Positions 25,683 to 42,017 of a DNA stretch of 64,000 nt are shown one piece after another. How positions within the stretch are numbered: position 1 is the stretch's first letter; the number at the start of each line of letters is the position of its first letter. The stretch lies in assembly GCF_009914755.1 (NCBI RefSeq), contig NC_060940.1; one strand, given 5' to 3'. Below the pieces are notes generated by a model. The model had not been told where the DNA came from. It saw only the letters and a list, made by a program, of their open reading frames with translations, and did no database searches. Source of the stretch: the human T2T-CHM13v2.0 reference genome, Homo sapiens. A program made the position numbers and the translations under genes.

Positions 25683-27069
25683 CTAGCCTGGCTGATCAAT
25701 GGGTGCAGCCAAGAGGCAGCATGGATCGGTGCAAAGACCACTGGATTTGTCATCAGGCAGACCTGAGTTCCAGTTCTAGCTCCAGAACTTACTAACTACA
25801 TGCCTTTGAGCAGGTGACTTCATCTCTAGGGGCCTCTCACCTATTAACGGCAATAATAATTCCTATCAGGGAAGATTGGCCTGAAAATTAAATAAAAGAA
25901 ACACGCAAAGCACCTGGCACATAGAAGCTGCTGAGAAAACGTTAATCACCCACCCCTCAGCCTCAATTAATGAATGACTGGGAGCCAGGGACTCGGGGAT
26001 CTGTTGTCTGGCTGCAATAAACGTGCAGATGGTTGAGCAATCTACATAACCTTTGAGTCTTTTCCTTCCTTTGAGAGATAGAACTGACAATGGCCACTCT
26101 CAGGGTTTCTGTGAGAAGCAAATGAAACTAAGGTTGGTGAAAGGGCTTTGTAATGGGAAAGTTTGCTGAACTTGGGGTGAGGGGTGAAGGAGACTTTGGC
26201 TTTTCAGAGAAACTAATGAGGCCACTCTGGACCAGAGGCCCCAGCTAGTGCAGGTTGGGAAGGGCTGAAACAGGGCCTTGGTCCCAAAGGTACCCAGTGC
26301 AGCTGCGAAGCAGGGAAGACTGAGCAATGAAGGCCAATTTGTGCAATAGTCCTGCTTCCCCAAATGTTCCACTTAGCCTAAGGAGTCCTATTTTCAGTGC
26401 CCTGGGGAAGTGGCTGCTTAAAGGAGCCAGTGGGGAGCCATATCTTCAGATTTCACAATATCTGAAATCCAGCACTTGGCCCAGGCCCTCCAGGAATGCT
26501 CTTGCTCCCCAATAACCAGGTCCCTACTGCCAAATACACGTCCCCCAGCTTGCTGGCCCCCGATGAATAGGCACCTTTGCTATGCACACATGAGCCCCTA
26601 AGGCAGGTCCTGAGCAGAGGCCTCAAAAGAGGCTGGAGAGGACATGAGAATAGGATTCAGGGTGTACCCTGCATGAGGCACACAAGGCATCTGCGGTCAG
26701 CAGAGCTTTCAAGGAGGGCAGAGTGCGTGACACCAGCCAAGGCCATGCGGTGATGTGAAGGGGGCATTGGCCCGACACACAGTTCTCTCTGTCTCCATGA
26801 AGCATAGGAAGACAGTGGGGTCTGGAACAGGGCACTGGCTGGGCCCCTTTCCTCATGCACACATGTCTGCTAGAACACACCCTTGTACTGTGGGAAGGTT
26901 CCCGCACACACAGGTAAGCATGGATGTACACACATGTGCAGGTCATCTGTCATAGGTCCTAACAAATGCAGTCGTGCGTGAATACAGCCCCCCTTTCCTG
27001 CCCCCAGAAGTCAGAAGGATCTTTAAATTGCAAATCTGAGGCTTTCACTTTCCTGCTTAAAACATTTCA

Positions 27070-27700
<631 letters not shown>

Positions 27701-27914
27701 ATCTGCCTGTCACACCTGCAGGTTGAAGTAGTCTGGACTGCTTACTGAAGCAGATAAGGCTCTTTATGGTCTGAATCTGACCTGCCTCCCAGCCTGGTCT
27801 CTGGCCCATTTCCCCTTCACCCGCTTCTGTGCTTTGAAAGTAATAGCAGTGACTGACAGTTTTGAGCTCTCACTGTGTACCACACGCTGTTTGTGTTTTT
27901 GTTTGTTTGTTTTT

Positions 27915-28216
<302 letters not shown>

Positions 28217-28229
28217 TGACATGTATTAA

Positions 28230-28335
28230 TTCATTTGATCTTCCCCATAATACTAAGTATTGTGATCCCTATTTTTCAGATGAGATCATGAGGCACAGAA
28301 AAGTTAAGTAACTTGTCCCAGGTCACACAGCTAGG
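28230..28335 (-). repeat. MIR fragment, in reverse orientation.
   Basis: tttttcagatgagatcatgaggcacagaaaagttaagtaacttgtcccaggtcacacagc. Confidence 0.55.
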
Positions 28336-28925
28336 ACAATTCTATCTTCCATGCTGAATTCCTTCACCTCATCTGGGGGTCACGTCTTCTCTCTCTGGGT
28401 CTTGGAGTGTGCTTTTTCATCCACTTAGCCATCTGCCTCCCTCCTTCTCTCCCTCCCTCCCACCCTTTCCCTGGCGAATTTATCCTTCAGGTCTCAGCTT
28501 AGTCATCATCTCCTCCAAGAAGATGTCCCCATATTCCTTGGGAGAAATTTAGGTCCCTTGGCTATGTGCTGCCCCCGCTGGTGTTTCCGCCATCATATTC
28601 CTTATCTCCTTGAATTATAACCATCCTGATTACTCATCTGTCTTCCTACCTAGATTCTGAGCTCGTTGAAGCCAGATTTACACCTGGTTTGTTCATTCCT
28701 CCTTCAAGGCTAACACAGGGCCTGGTATGAAGCAAGCACTTGATAAACATTTGTTGGATTCAATGGATGAATTGTCCCTCGGATGTGTGCACAGATCTGT
28801 GAGTGTGTGAGATAAGTATGCATGGGTCTCCTCTGAGGGCCCTGCCCCCCAGGGTCGCAGTCAGGAGGAAAAGCCCCCTTCGGCACCCTGTGCTTCGATG
28901 GTTCTTAAAGATGTCCCCTCTATAG

Positions 28926-29487
<562 letters not shown>

Positions 29488-29651
29488 CTAGAGAAGCCAG
29501 ACACAGACCCGCCAGGGCAAGTCAGCCAGGTGTTTGACTTCCAAAGCCCCTGTCCTGTGCCTTTGCCCTGTGTGTAGCAGCCCAAAAGGCACCACGCTGC
29601 TGCCCAAGTTGTAGAAATCTAGAAGAGTTTTTGAGGTCACCTGAGTCATCA

Positions 29652-29960
<309 letters not shown>

Positions 29961-29979
29961 TCATCTCCCTTCTCCTTAG

Positions 29980-30602
<623 letters not shown>

Positions 30603-30664
30603 TCACTATCTTTAAGCAATGCTCCCTCTCCCACCTGAGCCAGAACTCCCTTTCCCAACTGTTA

Positions 30665-31429
<765 letters not shown>

Positions 31430-31847
31430 TCAGATCACGTTCTCTCTCTGGTTATCTCCTCTCTCCTCTGTCTCATTCTCTCTGGAACTCTTTATTTCCC
31501 CATTTCCCTGTTTAGTATTCTGATTGCACTCTGATTTCATGATTCGAGATCCACTAGTTTTTGTGTTTCATTCTCTCTGTCTCTGTCTTCCACCATTTCT
31601 CTGAGTCTGGTTCTCTGAATTTCCATCTCTGTTTCTATGTGTCTGTTTTTCTGTCTGTCACCTAATCATTCTGTCTCTGTCTCTCTGGTTCTGTCTGTGC
31701 CCAGGTTTGACTTTCTCTGACAGTCTCGTTCTGTGTTCCCTGAATCTCACAGGAATGCAGGCTCTTTCCTCTGCAGTCTCTCTCTGCCTGCTCTTCTCTA
31801 GCCTGGCTCCCCATCTCCCTGAGCCCATATCCCTCCCTCTGCCTCTA

Positions 31848-32075
<228 letters not shown>

Positions 32076-32446
32076 CTAGAACTCTTCCTCCCTCCTCCAT
32101 CAGCTGGGCCTGCAGGGGCTCAGATGGTCCCAGGCTCGACTGAGGGCCAAGATCGGAGGAGGGGCTCCCAGCTGCCCTCATACTCCCACTCCCACACCTC
32201 TTCTCTCCCCTCCCCTCTCCCTTCTCCCTGGGCTGTGTGGGCCTTCATTGAACACCTTAGCTCTTATGGACCCTGGACAGCGCCAGCAAGGCAGAGGGGT
32301 CGCCGGTGCTGCCTTCCCTTTCACCTCAGTGGTGATCTCCCCCCAACCCTGGGGCTCTGCAGAGGATCTGGCCGCACCTCCCAGCCCTTGCTTCCGCAGT
32401 GCCTGGCTTTCTCTCTGGGTTTCTGTCTCTGCAGTGTGGCTGTCTT

Positions 32447-32496
32447 TTCTCTCTCTCTCTCTCTCTCTCTCTCCCCCCCACCCTCTCTCTCTCTGG
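32447..32496. repeat. (CT)n microsatellite, about 13 units plus a CCCC(CT)n tail.
   Basis: tctctctctctctctctctctctctcccccccaccctctctctctctg. Confidence 0.9.
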
Positions 32497-32799
32497 TCCT
32501 CTGCAGTCTCTGCCTCCTTCCCTGGAGTCTGGCTGGGGGTCAGAGTGGGGGACTGAAAATCTGGTCTTTGAGCCCTGCCTCTGCTCATCTGTCTTTGTCC
32601 ATTCATCCAAGAACAGTTGTGTGTACAGCGCCTGGCATCTCTCTCAGCACCTCCATCTCCCACCCAGGTCCCTCCATGCTTCTGCCGCCTCCGCAGACAT
32701 CCCCCCAACTTTCCCAGCCCTCCTTCTTGGATCTAGCCCCTGAGACACTGCTAAAAGCTTCTCTCATTCATTTCTCTGCCTTCTCAATATTGAGGGTTA

Positions 32800-33051
<252 letters not shown>

Positions 33052-34170
33052 TCACCCCGATCTCTCTCCTCTGTGCCTCTCTAAGTAATCTGGCTGCCAC
33101 CTTTCCTCCGTCTCCGTTTATCTTTCCCTTTAATTGTTTTTTTTTTTTTTTTTTTCCTCGTAGGAGTCAGCAAAGAAAGACAATTTCTCTGCCCCTTGGG
33201 ATGGAGGGGCAGAATTGGGGTAGGGGTCGCCTGGAGCCCACCCCCCTTTGCTCAGTCTCCTCTGTCCTCTTCTCGCGGCTCTGTGGTGGAGGGGGCGCGG
33301 CTCCGGCTGCAGGGGGTGGGGCCGAGAGGGCCGAAGGGGCCGGGTGGCCTGGGTTACCCTCCTGCTCAGGCGCCTGGGTCCACTGGGCTGTCTGGACCCC
33401 AAGCTAGGGGACTGGGGAGGAGAAAGGCAGCTTCTGGGGGTTTAGGGTGGGGTCGAGGATCGAGGGGGTCTCCACTGGGCTCTAGCGGGGCTTGTCGGGG
33501 AGGGGAAGGGGTGGGTTGGGGAACTGGGAGAGCCGAAGCTCGGGCACTGGAGCTGCGGGAGGGAGAAGCTGAGAAAGGTATCGAGCCCACGTCAGATCCT
33601 GGGGACGGGCGGAGGGAGGGGCCTGGGATTTATTTGACGGGGAGGGAGGAGGAGGAAGTGCAGATGGAGGAGGGAGGGATCATACGAGCCAGGGCCGTAA
33701 TCCTCACTCCCGCGGCCCCTAGGGGAGGCAAAGGAAACTCTCTGGTCCCAGCAGTAATTAGCCCCCTCCGCCTGCCATTCCAGCACATCTGGAATCTGAA
33801 TCTCCTCTTCCCAGGGTGCCGAGGGGCTGCATAGCTTGGTTCGCGCCTGCTAGGCCCCCAATTATGCCCCCTGTTCACATTCAGACCTCCCAAGGGGCTT
33901 CCCTTCCCCTTTTACAGTAGCTCGGGTGGAATGGGCTCTCCCTCCTCCAGGGGAATAGAGAACTTCCACGATTGTGACAAGTCTCGTGGGTGACGGGCCG
34001 GGGTTTGGGGAGGAGAGACAGACCCCTCCTCTTCCATAAACCCTGACCCCGGCCAGCTAACAGGCGGCCTCGGCTCTGATTTTCCCTCCGGAGCGCCCTT
34101 TTCAGCACCAGCGGCGCACGGACAGCTCCCCTCGCCCCGCCGGGGCGGGCCCGGCCCGACGCCGCCCGCG

Positions 34171-34175
34171 ATTGG
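34171..34175 (-). promoter_or_regulatory. CCAAT box, a candidate NF-Y site, in SEZ6L2 orientation.
   Basis: The plus strand reads gcgATTGGctgag, flanked by GC-boxes. Confidence 0.4.
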
Positions 34176-34336
34176 CTGAGGCCGCTTTCGGTGTTTGCCA
34201 GGCTCGCGGGCTCCCGGGCTGCCTAGGGCCAGCGGGAGTCACAGGCCGACCGACCGACGGACCAGCCGCCCGACGGACTGGCCTCAGCATCCTTGCCCGC
34301 AGTCCCGGGCGCCTGCCCAGCCGTCAGTCCGCGCTC

Positions 34337-34373
34337 GCCCCGCCCCTCAGGCCCCGCCCCTCAGGCCCCGCCC
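34337..34373. promoter_or_regulatory. Tandem GC-boxes: a 14-15 bp unit gccccgcccctcag in about 2.5 copies.
   Basis: ccccgcccctcaggccccgcccctcaggccccgccc, giving three Sp1-type sites in tandem. Confidence 0.55.
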
Positions 34374-34579
34374 GATACGACCCGCCCCTTCTTTCGCATT
34401 GCGGGACGGCTGGAGGCTGGCACCGTGGCCCCTGCGCCCCACGTGGCGCCCTTTCCGGGCGGGGGGGGTGGGGAGGCACCTCCAGCGACAACTCTCCCCC
34501 CTCCCCCGGCACCCGGCTGATTTGCTGTGCCACTGGGAGGGTTCGGGGGTGGCTGAGCTGAGAGGGCTCCGGGAAGGAG

Positions 34580-34587
34580 TGACGTCA
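34580..34587. promoter_or_regulatory. Full palindromic CRE (TGACGTCA) in the bidirectional promoter.
   Basis: Exact 8-mer read in ggagTGACGTCAgggtg. Confidence 0.5.
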
Positions 34588-34994
34588 GGGTGAGTGGGAG
34601 CCCAGGAAGGAGCGAGTAGGAGAGAGGGAGCGAGAGCCAGGCAGGACCGCAGGGTCGGGGCTAGTGAGGAGCGAGGGCAAGGAGAGAGCAGTGAGGCCGG
34701 AGAGAAAGAAGCTGCCGCGGAGGAAGACAGGCTGCGGGTTCCCGGGACTGCAGGTCCAGGCAGGGTAGGAACCGCTGCCCAGGGGAGCTAGGAGGAAGCG
34801 GGGAGAGAGAGCGAGCGAAAAGCGGGGGTGGGGAGGAAAGGGGGAGATTGAGGTGGGAGAGAGAAGCAGAGCGAGAGAGAGGAGGCTGCTGGAAGGAGAA
34901 AGAAGAGGGTGAGGAGGCGACAGAGGGAGAGGAGGAAGAAGAGGTAGAAGGAGAGAGAAAGGGGAGAGAAAGGAGAGAGGAGGGTTGGAGGTGC

Positions 34995-35943
34995 ATGAAG
35001 GAGGGGAGAGGGAGCTTCAGCGTGGAGAGAGGACCGCGGAAGGAGAGAGAGACAGCCCAGAGTGGAATGTGGAAGGGAAACAGTCCAGCGGGGAGCCAGG
35101 GGGCAGCCATGGAAGGGACAGGTGGGGAGCTGGGGGGACAGGGGAACTGGGGTCCGGAGGACGCCCCAGGCCTCTTGGCCAGGGCCTCCCTGATCATGCT
35201 CCCGTGGCCACTACCCCTGGCCTCCTCGGCCCTCACCTTGCTCTTCGGGGCCCTCACTTCCCTGTTCCTCTGGTACTGCTACCGCCTGGGCTCCCAAGAC
35301 ATGCAGGCCCTAGGGGCTGGGAGCCGAGCTGGGGGTGTTCGTGGTGGGCCTGTGGGATGCTCGGAGGCCGGCGGGCCAAGCCCAGGGGGTCCTGGGGATC
35401 CCGGGGAAGGACCTAGGACGGAAGGCCTAGTGAGCCGGCGGCTTCGGGCCTACGCAAGGCGCTACTCCTGGGCTGGGATGGGTAGAGTGAGGCGGGCAGC
35501 TCAGGGTGGCCCAGGCCCTGGGAGAGGGCCAGGGGTCCTAGGTATTCAGCGCCCAGGCCTGCTTTTCCTACCAGACCTGCCTTCAGCCCCCTTTGTGCCG
35601 CGGGACGCCCAGCGGCACGACGTGGAGCTCCTGGAGAGCAGCTTCCCTGCCATTTTGCGGGACTTCGGGGCTGTGAGCTGGGACTTCTCAGGGACTACCC
35701 CTCCGCCTCGGGGCTGGTCCCCACCTCTGGCCCCCGGGTGCTACCAGCTCCTGCTGTACCAAGCAGGCCGGTGCCAACCCAGCAACTGCCGCCGGTGCCC
35801 GGGGGCCTATCGGGCACTGAGGGGGCTTCGAAGCTTTATGAGTGCCAACACCTTCGGCAATGCCGGCTTTTCCGTTCTCCTGCCTGGGGCCCGGCTCGAG
35901 GGCCGCTGTGGGCCCACCAATGCCCGGGTCAGATGCCATCTGG
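34995..35943 (+). CDS. ASPHD1: ASPHD1 coding exon 1: MKEGRGSFSVERGPRKERETAQSGMWKGNSPAGSQGAAMEGTGGELGG ... RCHL(G). An alternative strong-Kozak in-frame ATG lies at 35109.
   Basis: In frame with ORF 34848..35951, whose listed start is a TTG, not an ATG. The ATG at 34995 gives 390 aa and the ATG at 35109 gives 352 aa. Donor CTGG|GTAAGT. A TM segment LIMLPWPLPLASSALTLLFGALTSLFLWYCY is encoded here. Confidence 0.8.
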
Positions 35944-36254
35944 GTAAGTAGCTGCCGCCTACTGACAACCTCCTTGCCTCGATGATTTCCCCCCCAGACC
36001 CTTCTCTCCGCCAGAGCCGTCTGCTGTCTGGTTCTCATTGTGCCTCTCTTCTTCCATGGCTCCCTGTTGCCACCCACAGCAGCATTTCCTCAGCCTCGGT
36101 TATCTGCACACCACCTTCATAAGCTTTGCCGTGGTCATTCCCATCTGTACTGCGTTTCTTCACCTTGGCTCTCCCCCCGACCTTTTGTTCTACGTATTTA
36201 AAAGAAATATTTATAGCACTATCAGTATTACTTGCCCTAAATAGTACTCATAAA

Positions 36255-36440
36255 AAGCCTGGACAACACAGTGAGACCTTGTCTCTACAAATAATAAAAC
36301 AATTAGCCGGGCGCGGTGGCCCATGCCTATGGTCCCAGCTACTGGAGAGGGTGAGGTGGGAGGTTCACTGGAGCTCAGCAGTTTGAGGCTGCAGTGAGCT
36401 GAGATTGTGCTACTGCACTCCAGCCTGGGTGACAAGAAAG
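36255..36440 (+). repeat. Alu partial in ASPHD1 intron 1.
   Basis: Alu consensus. Confidence 0.75.
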
Positions 36441-36501
36441 TACTCATAAACACAAGCTGAAATTTAAAAAAGAAAGCTTTCAACAGTCTAGAACATTCTA
36501 G

Positions 36502-36836
<335 letters not shown>

Positions 36837-36899
36837 CCTACACCTTCTTTTTTAAAAGGGTTGGTGGGGTGTCAAAGTTACAGTAGCACCAAACTGAGA

Positions 36900-37080
36900 T
36901 TTTTTCTTTTTCTTTTTTTTTTTTTTTTGAGACAGGGTCTCACTCTGTCACCCAGGCTGGAGTGCAGTGGCACAAACATGGCTCACTACAGCCTTAACCT
37001 CCTGAGATCAAAGGATCCTCTCACCTCAGCCTCCTGAGTAGCTGGGACCACAGGTGCCCACCACCATGCTTGGCTGATTT
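36900..37080 (-). repeat. Alu partial, reverse.
   Basis: Alu reverse consensus. Confidence 0.75.
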
Positions 37081-37087
37081 TTTAAAA

Positions 37088-37395
<308 letters not shown>

Positions 37396-37404
37396 AATTG
37401 TGTA

Positions 37405-37500
37405 AAGACAGGCTGGACCTGAACTCCTGAACTCAAGTGATCCTCCTGCCTTGGCCTCCCAAAGTGCTGAGATTACAGGCGTGAGCCACCGCACCTGGCA
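37405..37500 (-). repeat. Alu fragment, reverse.
   Basis: Alu left-arm reverse. Confidence 0.65.
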
Positions 37501-38046
37501 CTTTTTGATGTCTTAAAGACTGGAAGAAAATGGAAAAGGAAATAATTTTCTGTTATTCCATGCCATGACCTTGTTTTGCCCCCAATCATCTCCTGTGCTG
37601 CCAGCTGGATGTGTCCTACACTTCAGGGCACACTAGCCTCAGGATCAGTTCCCAATCCTTCCTCTCTTCCCTCTCTCTGTGCTCTAAATCATGAAAACCT
37701 TCTGGCCAATCCTGACAGATGCCACATGTGCTGTTCTTTTCAACCTAGAATCCCCTTCCCCCGTACCACCTCCTGAAAAACTCCTACTCAGCCTTCAGTA
37801 CTCAAGTTTTCAAGTGCCACACTTCCTCTGGGTTGGCTTCCTGTTCCCCCATCAGTTGAGTTGGCTGCTCACTTTCCTCACAGCACTCAGCCATGTGGTC
37901 CTTGGGCCAGGAACGTCTTTAATCTTATACCTCTCAGTGAGACAGCGCCTATCACACAGTAAGCTCTTGAGTCAAACTGTCGAAAGCCCAGGAGGAAAAG
38001 CCATTTCCTCCAGGAAGCCTTCTCTTTTCTCGAAATGAGAGGTTGC

Positions 38047-38490
<444 letters not shown>

Positions 38491-38491
38491 T

Positions 38492-38660
38492 TAACCCTGC
38501 ATTGTAGCACATGCCTGTAATCCCAGCAGCTACTCAGGAGGCTGAGACACGAGAATCACTTGAACCTGGGAAGCAGAGTGAGCTGAGATCACACCACTCC
38601 ACTCCAGCCTGGGTGAGAGAGTGAGACTTTGTCTCAAAAAAAAAAAAAAAAAAAAGATGG
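38492..38660 (+). repeat. Alu partial.
   Basis: Alu consensus. Confidence 0.75.
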
Positions 38661-38874
38661 GTCACACTACCCACAGCAGCGTTTCCCTAATCTCCTAGCA
38701 CTTCCCTCCTCCAGGACTGTATTGTAATTATACTGTGGCCACTTTCTGGAAAGAAAGGAGGATGACCACAAAACCTGGCATTTAAGACACTTAGAGCTAG
38801 TTGCTAATTGACTGGCCAGGATGGGCCCCTGGGATGGAGGCAGGAGTGCTGGATGCCCGCGTCTCTTCTTACAG

Positions 38875-38988
38875 GCCTAAAGATCCCTCCTGGCTGTGAG
38901 CTGGTGGTCGGCGGTGAGCCCCAGTGCTGGGCTGAGGGGCACTGTCTACTGGTGGACGACTCTTTTCTACACACAGTGGCTCACAATG
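38875..38988 (+). CDS. ASPHD1: ASPHD1 exon 2: (G)[37 protein letters not shown](G).
   Basis: Acceptor ttcttacag|GCC, donor AATG|gtaacg. Plus ORF 38808..39020. Confidence 0.85.
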
Positions 38989-39094
38989 GTAACGGGGTGC
39001 CCATTCTGCAGGGGGGATGAGGGACTCAGGAGCAAAGGAGCGTTGACTAGAAGGCAGCAGAATCAGGCCCAACGGACTTCCTGTCCTACCACCA

Positions 39095-39340
39095 CCATCT
39101 TCCAGCTGCATGACCTTGAACAAGCCGCATAACTTCTCCAATGCCCTAGGACCACCACCTTCTTCATCAAGTAACTGCAAGGATTAAATGAGATAATATT
39201 ACGTACACAGAAAAGCGGTTACCAGCACAGGACTCTGGGTTCCTGTCCTACCTCTTGCACTTGGGCAAAGGACTTAACCTCCTTATGCCTCTGTTGCTTT
39301 GTATAAAATAGGGATAATTATGGTAATACCACAGTTTGTT
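39095..39340 (+). repeat. Two adjacent MIR fragments in ASPHD1 intron 2.
   Basis: gaccttgaacaagccgcataacttctc...aggattaaatgagataat, and a second copy gggcaaaggacttaacctcc...ataaaatagggataat. Confidence 0.55.
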
Positions 39341-39350
39341 TTGATGATTA

Positions 39351-39688
<338 letters not shown>

Positions 39689-39810
39689 TTAAAGGGTTAG
39701 AACAAGGCCTGCCACTTATTTACTGTTTGCTTTTATGGTGTTTGGTGAGTGCTCTGGTGTGCAAGTACCTAATGTCAGTGGCTCTGCTGTTCCTGTCCCA
39801 TGTGCCCTAG

Positions 39811-39920
39811 GCTCCCCCGAAGATGGGCCTCGAGTGGTCTTCATCGTGGACCTCTGGCACCCCAACGTGGCAGGGGCTGAGCGCCAGGCCCTCGACTTTG
39901 TCTTCGCCCCAGACCCTTGA
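39811..39920 (+). CDS. ASPHD1: ASPHD1 exon 3: (G)[35 protein letters not shown], with stop TGA at 39918-39920.
   Basis: Acceptor tgtgccctag|GCTCC. End of plus ORF 39735..39920. Confidence 0.85.
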
Positions 39921-40169
39921 AGGAAGGTGCTCCCTTCACACACCCAGGCTGGAGAGACACTGCGCTCAGGGACGGCTTGATGGTAGCCAGGACCTCCTCT
40001 CTACTGCGGGGGTGGGCGGGGGCGGAGGATGGGAACTGGCTAGTGAGCACTGAAATATAAATTCTGAATCCTCTCCTAACTCCCGACTACTTCCTTCGCA
40101 GGGAGAGGCTGGGGCAGGGCCTTATGTCTTCTCCTAGTACAACCAAACAGGTACCTCCTTTTTTTTCTT

Positions 40170-40305
40170 TCTTTTTTTTTTTTTTTTGTAGAGTCAGGGT
40201 CTTGCTTTGTTGCCCAGGCTGGTCTTGAACTCCTGGGCTCAAGTGATCCTTCTGCCTCAACCTCCTGAGTAGTTGGGATTACACGTGTGAGCCACCACGC
40301 CCGGC
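40170..40305 (-). repeat. Alu fragment, reverse, inside the ASPHD1 3'UTR.
   Basis: Alu left-arm reverse. Confidence 0.7.
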
Positions 40306-40375
40306 CAGATACCTCCTAACACAGGCATCTCCCCGTCCCTCTCCCCAGGAGCCAGCACCAGTTTCTCAACTTAAC

Positions 40376-40381
40376 TTTATT
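40376..40381 (-). terminator. KCTD13: KCTD13 candidate poly(A) signal: AATAAA on the minus strand.
   Basis: The plus strand reads tttatt, about 515 nt beyond the KCTD13 stop and 27 nt from the ASPHD1 AATAAA on the opposite strand. Confidence 0.5.
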
Positions 40382-40407
40382 TCAATAATTTAATAGAAAA
40401 TTAAAAT

Positions 40408-40413
40408 AATAAA
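40408..40413 (+). terminator. ASPHD1: ASPHD1 candidate poly(A) signal: AATAAA on the plus strand.
   Basis: It sits in an AT-rich block about 490 nt after the stop codon. Confidence 0.5.
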
Positions 40414-40894
40414 TAATATGAAACAGACTGATAACGCTGAGCTGGGCAGGCCCAGGCCAGTCTAGTACAAAGTTAAGGAGGTAGGGAGGATGGTGGGGAG
40501 GAGGGGGCGGACTACCCTGCAGGACGCGGGAGGCTGCTCAGACTGTGGTGATGTCAGGAAGGGCCGCACACTTTGGCATGGACGATGCACTAAAAAAAGA
40601 GAAAGGGAATTCTAAATCCCTCTTAACCAGCTGGAGAGGGAAGGACGCAGGGCCAGGGTGGGGACAAGTGTTGGCTTCGGAAGGCTCTGAGTGGTGGGGC
40701 CGGAATGTACCATGTTGTTAGCAATGGGGTTGGGATGGGTGGAGAAGGGCCAAAGTGAGCTGTGCCATGCAATGAAGGGACAGAGGAGGACCCACGACTT
40801 GGCCAGCAGAGCCGGGGCAAAAGTCTGGGAAGGGGAGGGAAAGAGAGAGGGACTGGGTCCCAAGGCAAGAGGAAGGCAGGGGGAGGGTCAGAGG

Positions 40895-41131
40895 TCAGTC
40901 CTTGAAGACAATTTGTTGGCCATGAGGACGCTCGTCGTGGGTGATATGGCGCCGGACATGGATCCTGCGGACACGGTGCTCTCGGTTCTCTTCATCCTCC
41001 CCGCGGCCAGCCCCACCAGCTCCAGCTGCTCCCCCTGTGGCCTCCAGGAGGGCTGGGTCTGGGCCCCGGGGAGTCTCGTAGATGAGGATGTTCAGGGTCT
41101 CCTCGAAGATCCGGGCCTCTGGAAATTCCAC
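40895..41131 (-). CDS. KCTD13: KCTD13 exon 6: VEFPEARIFEETLNILIYETPRGPDPALLEATGGAAGAGGAGRGEDEENREHRVRRIHVRRHITHDERPHGQQIVFKD, then stop TGA at 40895-40897.
   Basis: Minus ORF 40895..41290. Acceptor TTGCAG|GTG. Confidence 0.9.
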   Translation of the reverse strand: MEFPEARIFEETLNILIYETPRGPDPALLEATGGAAGAGGAGRGEDEENREHRVRRIHVRRHITHDERPHGQQIVFKD

Positions 41132-41529
41132 CTGCAAAAGGCCAGCCGGCCCCAGCTCCTTCCTTCTGGTGCAGTCACGCAGGGCCATCCCCCTGCCTAG
41201 GGCCCCTGCACCAACACACCTCCTAGCCCTGCAGTCAGGTCCTTGGGCCTGGCCTGGCCTCTCTGCCACTCCTTTACTCAGCAAAGTCATACTTCAAGGC
41301 TCAGCTCTGAAGTCAGGCAGGCAGAATTATTTGTTTTCTCTCCTTCATCTCCTTCCCTGCCTAGCCTCTTGGTATATTTTTTCATTTGACAAATACTGAG
41401 TGAGTGCACTGCACCAGGTATTGTTCTAGGCACTGCAAAAATAGCAGTGAACAAAACAAGAGTTCTGTCCTCAGGAGGTTACATTCTAGTGGGAGGACTC
41501 AGTCATACACTTAAGAAAATATAAACTAG

Positions 41530-41840
<311 letters not shown>

Positions 41841-41879
41841 TAAATGCAGTCAAATGATGATGTTTAGGAAACGATATAA

Positions 41880-42017
41880 GCTGGGTGTGGTGTCTCCTGA
41901 CTGTAATCCCAGCACATTGGGAGGCTAAGGCAGGAACATCGTTAGAGCCCAGGAGTTCAAGTTCAAAGCCAGCCTGGGCAATGTAGCAAGACCTCATCTA
42001 TTAAAAAAAAAAAAAGA
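41880..42017 (+). repeat. Alu monomer.
   Basis: Alu left monomer. Confidence 0.7.

Noticed and set aside
33130-33834. ORFs inside the shared CpG island (33196..33834 plus, 212 aa; 33130..33402 minus, 90 aa ending in KKKKKNN).
   Set aside because: They are G/R/P-rich CpG-island translations. The minus one ends in a lysine run produced by the T17 homopolymer. It could at most be a uORF of SEZ6L2 but has no supporting features.
34661-35257. 198-aa minus ORF (SSPSSFSFQQPPLSRSASLSHLNLPLSSPPPL...).
   Set aside because: It is the antisense reading of the polypurine tract and of ASPHD1 exon 1. It has poly Ser/Pro/Leu low complexity and no start-codon context.
34848-35951. 367-aa plus ORF starting at 34848 (MRWEREAERERGGCWKEKEEGEE...).
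   Set aside because: The listed start is a TTG, not an ATG. The upstream part is a translation of the GA-rich leader (poly E/K/R/G). The real ASPHD1 CDS starts at the ATG at 34995 (or 35109) and ends at the splice donor at 35943, not at the TAG.
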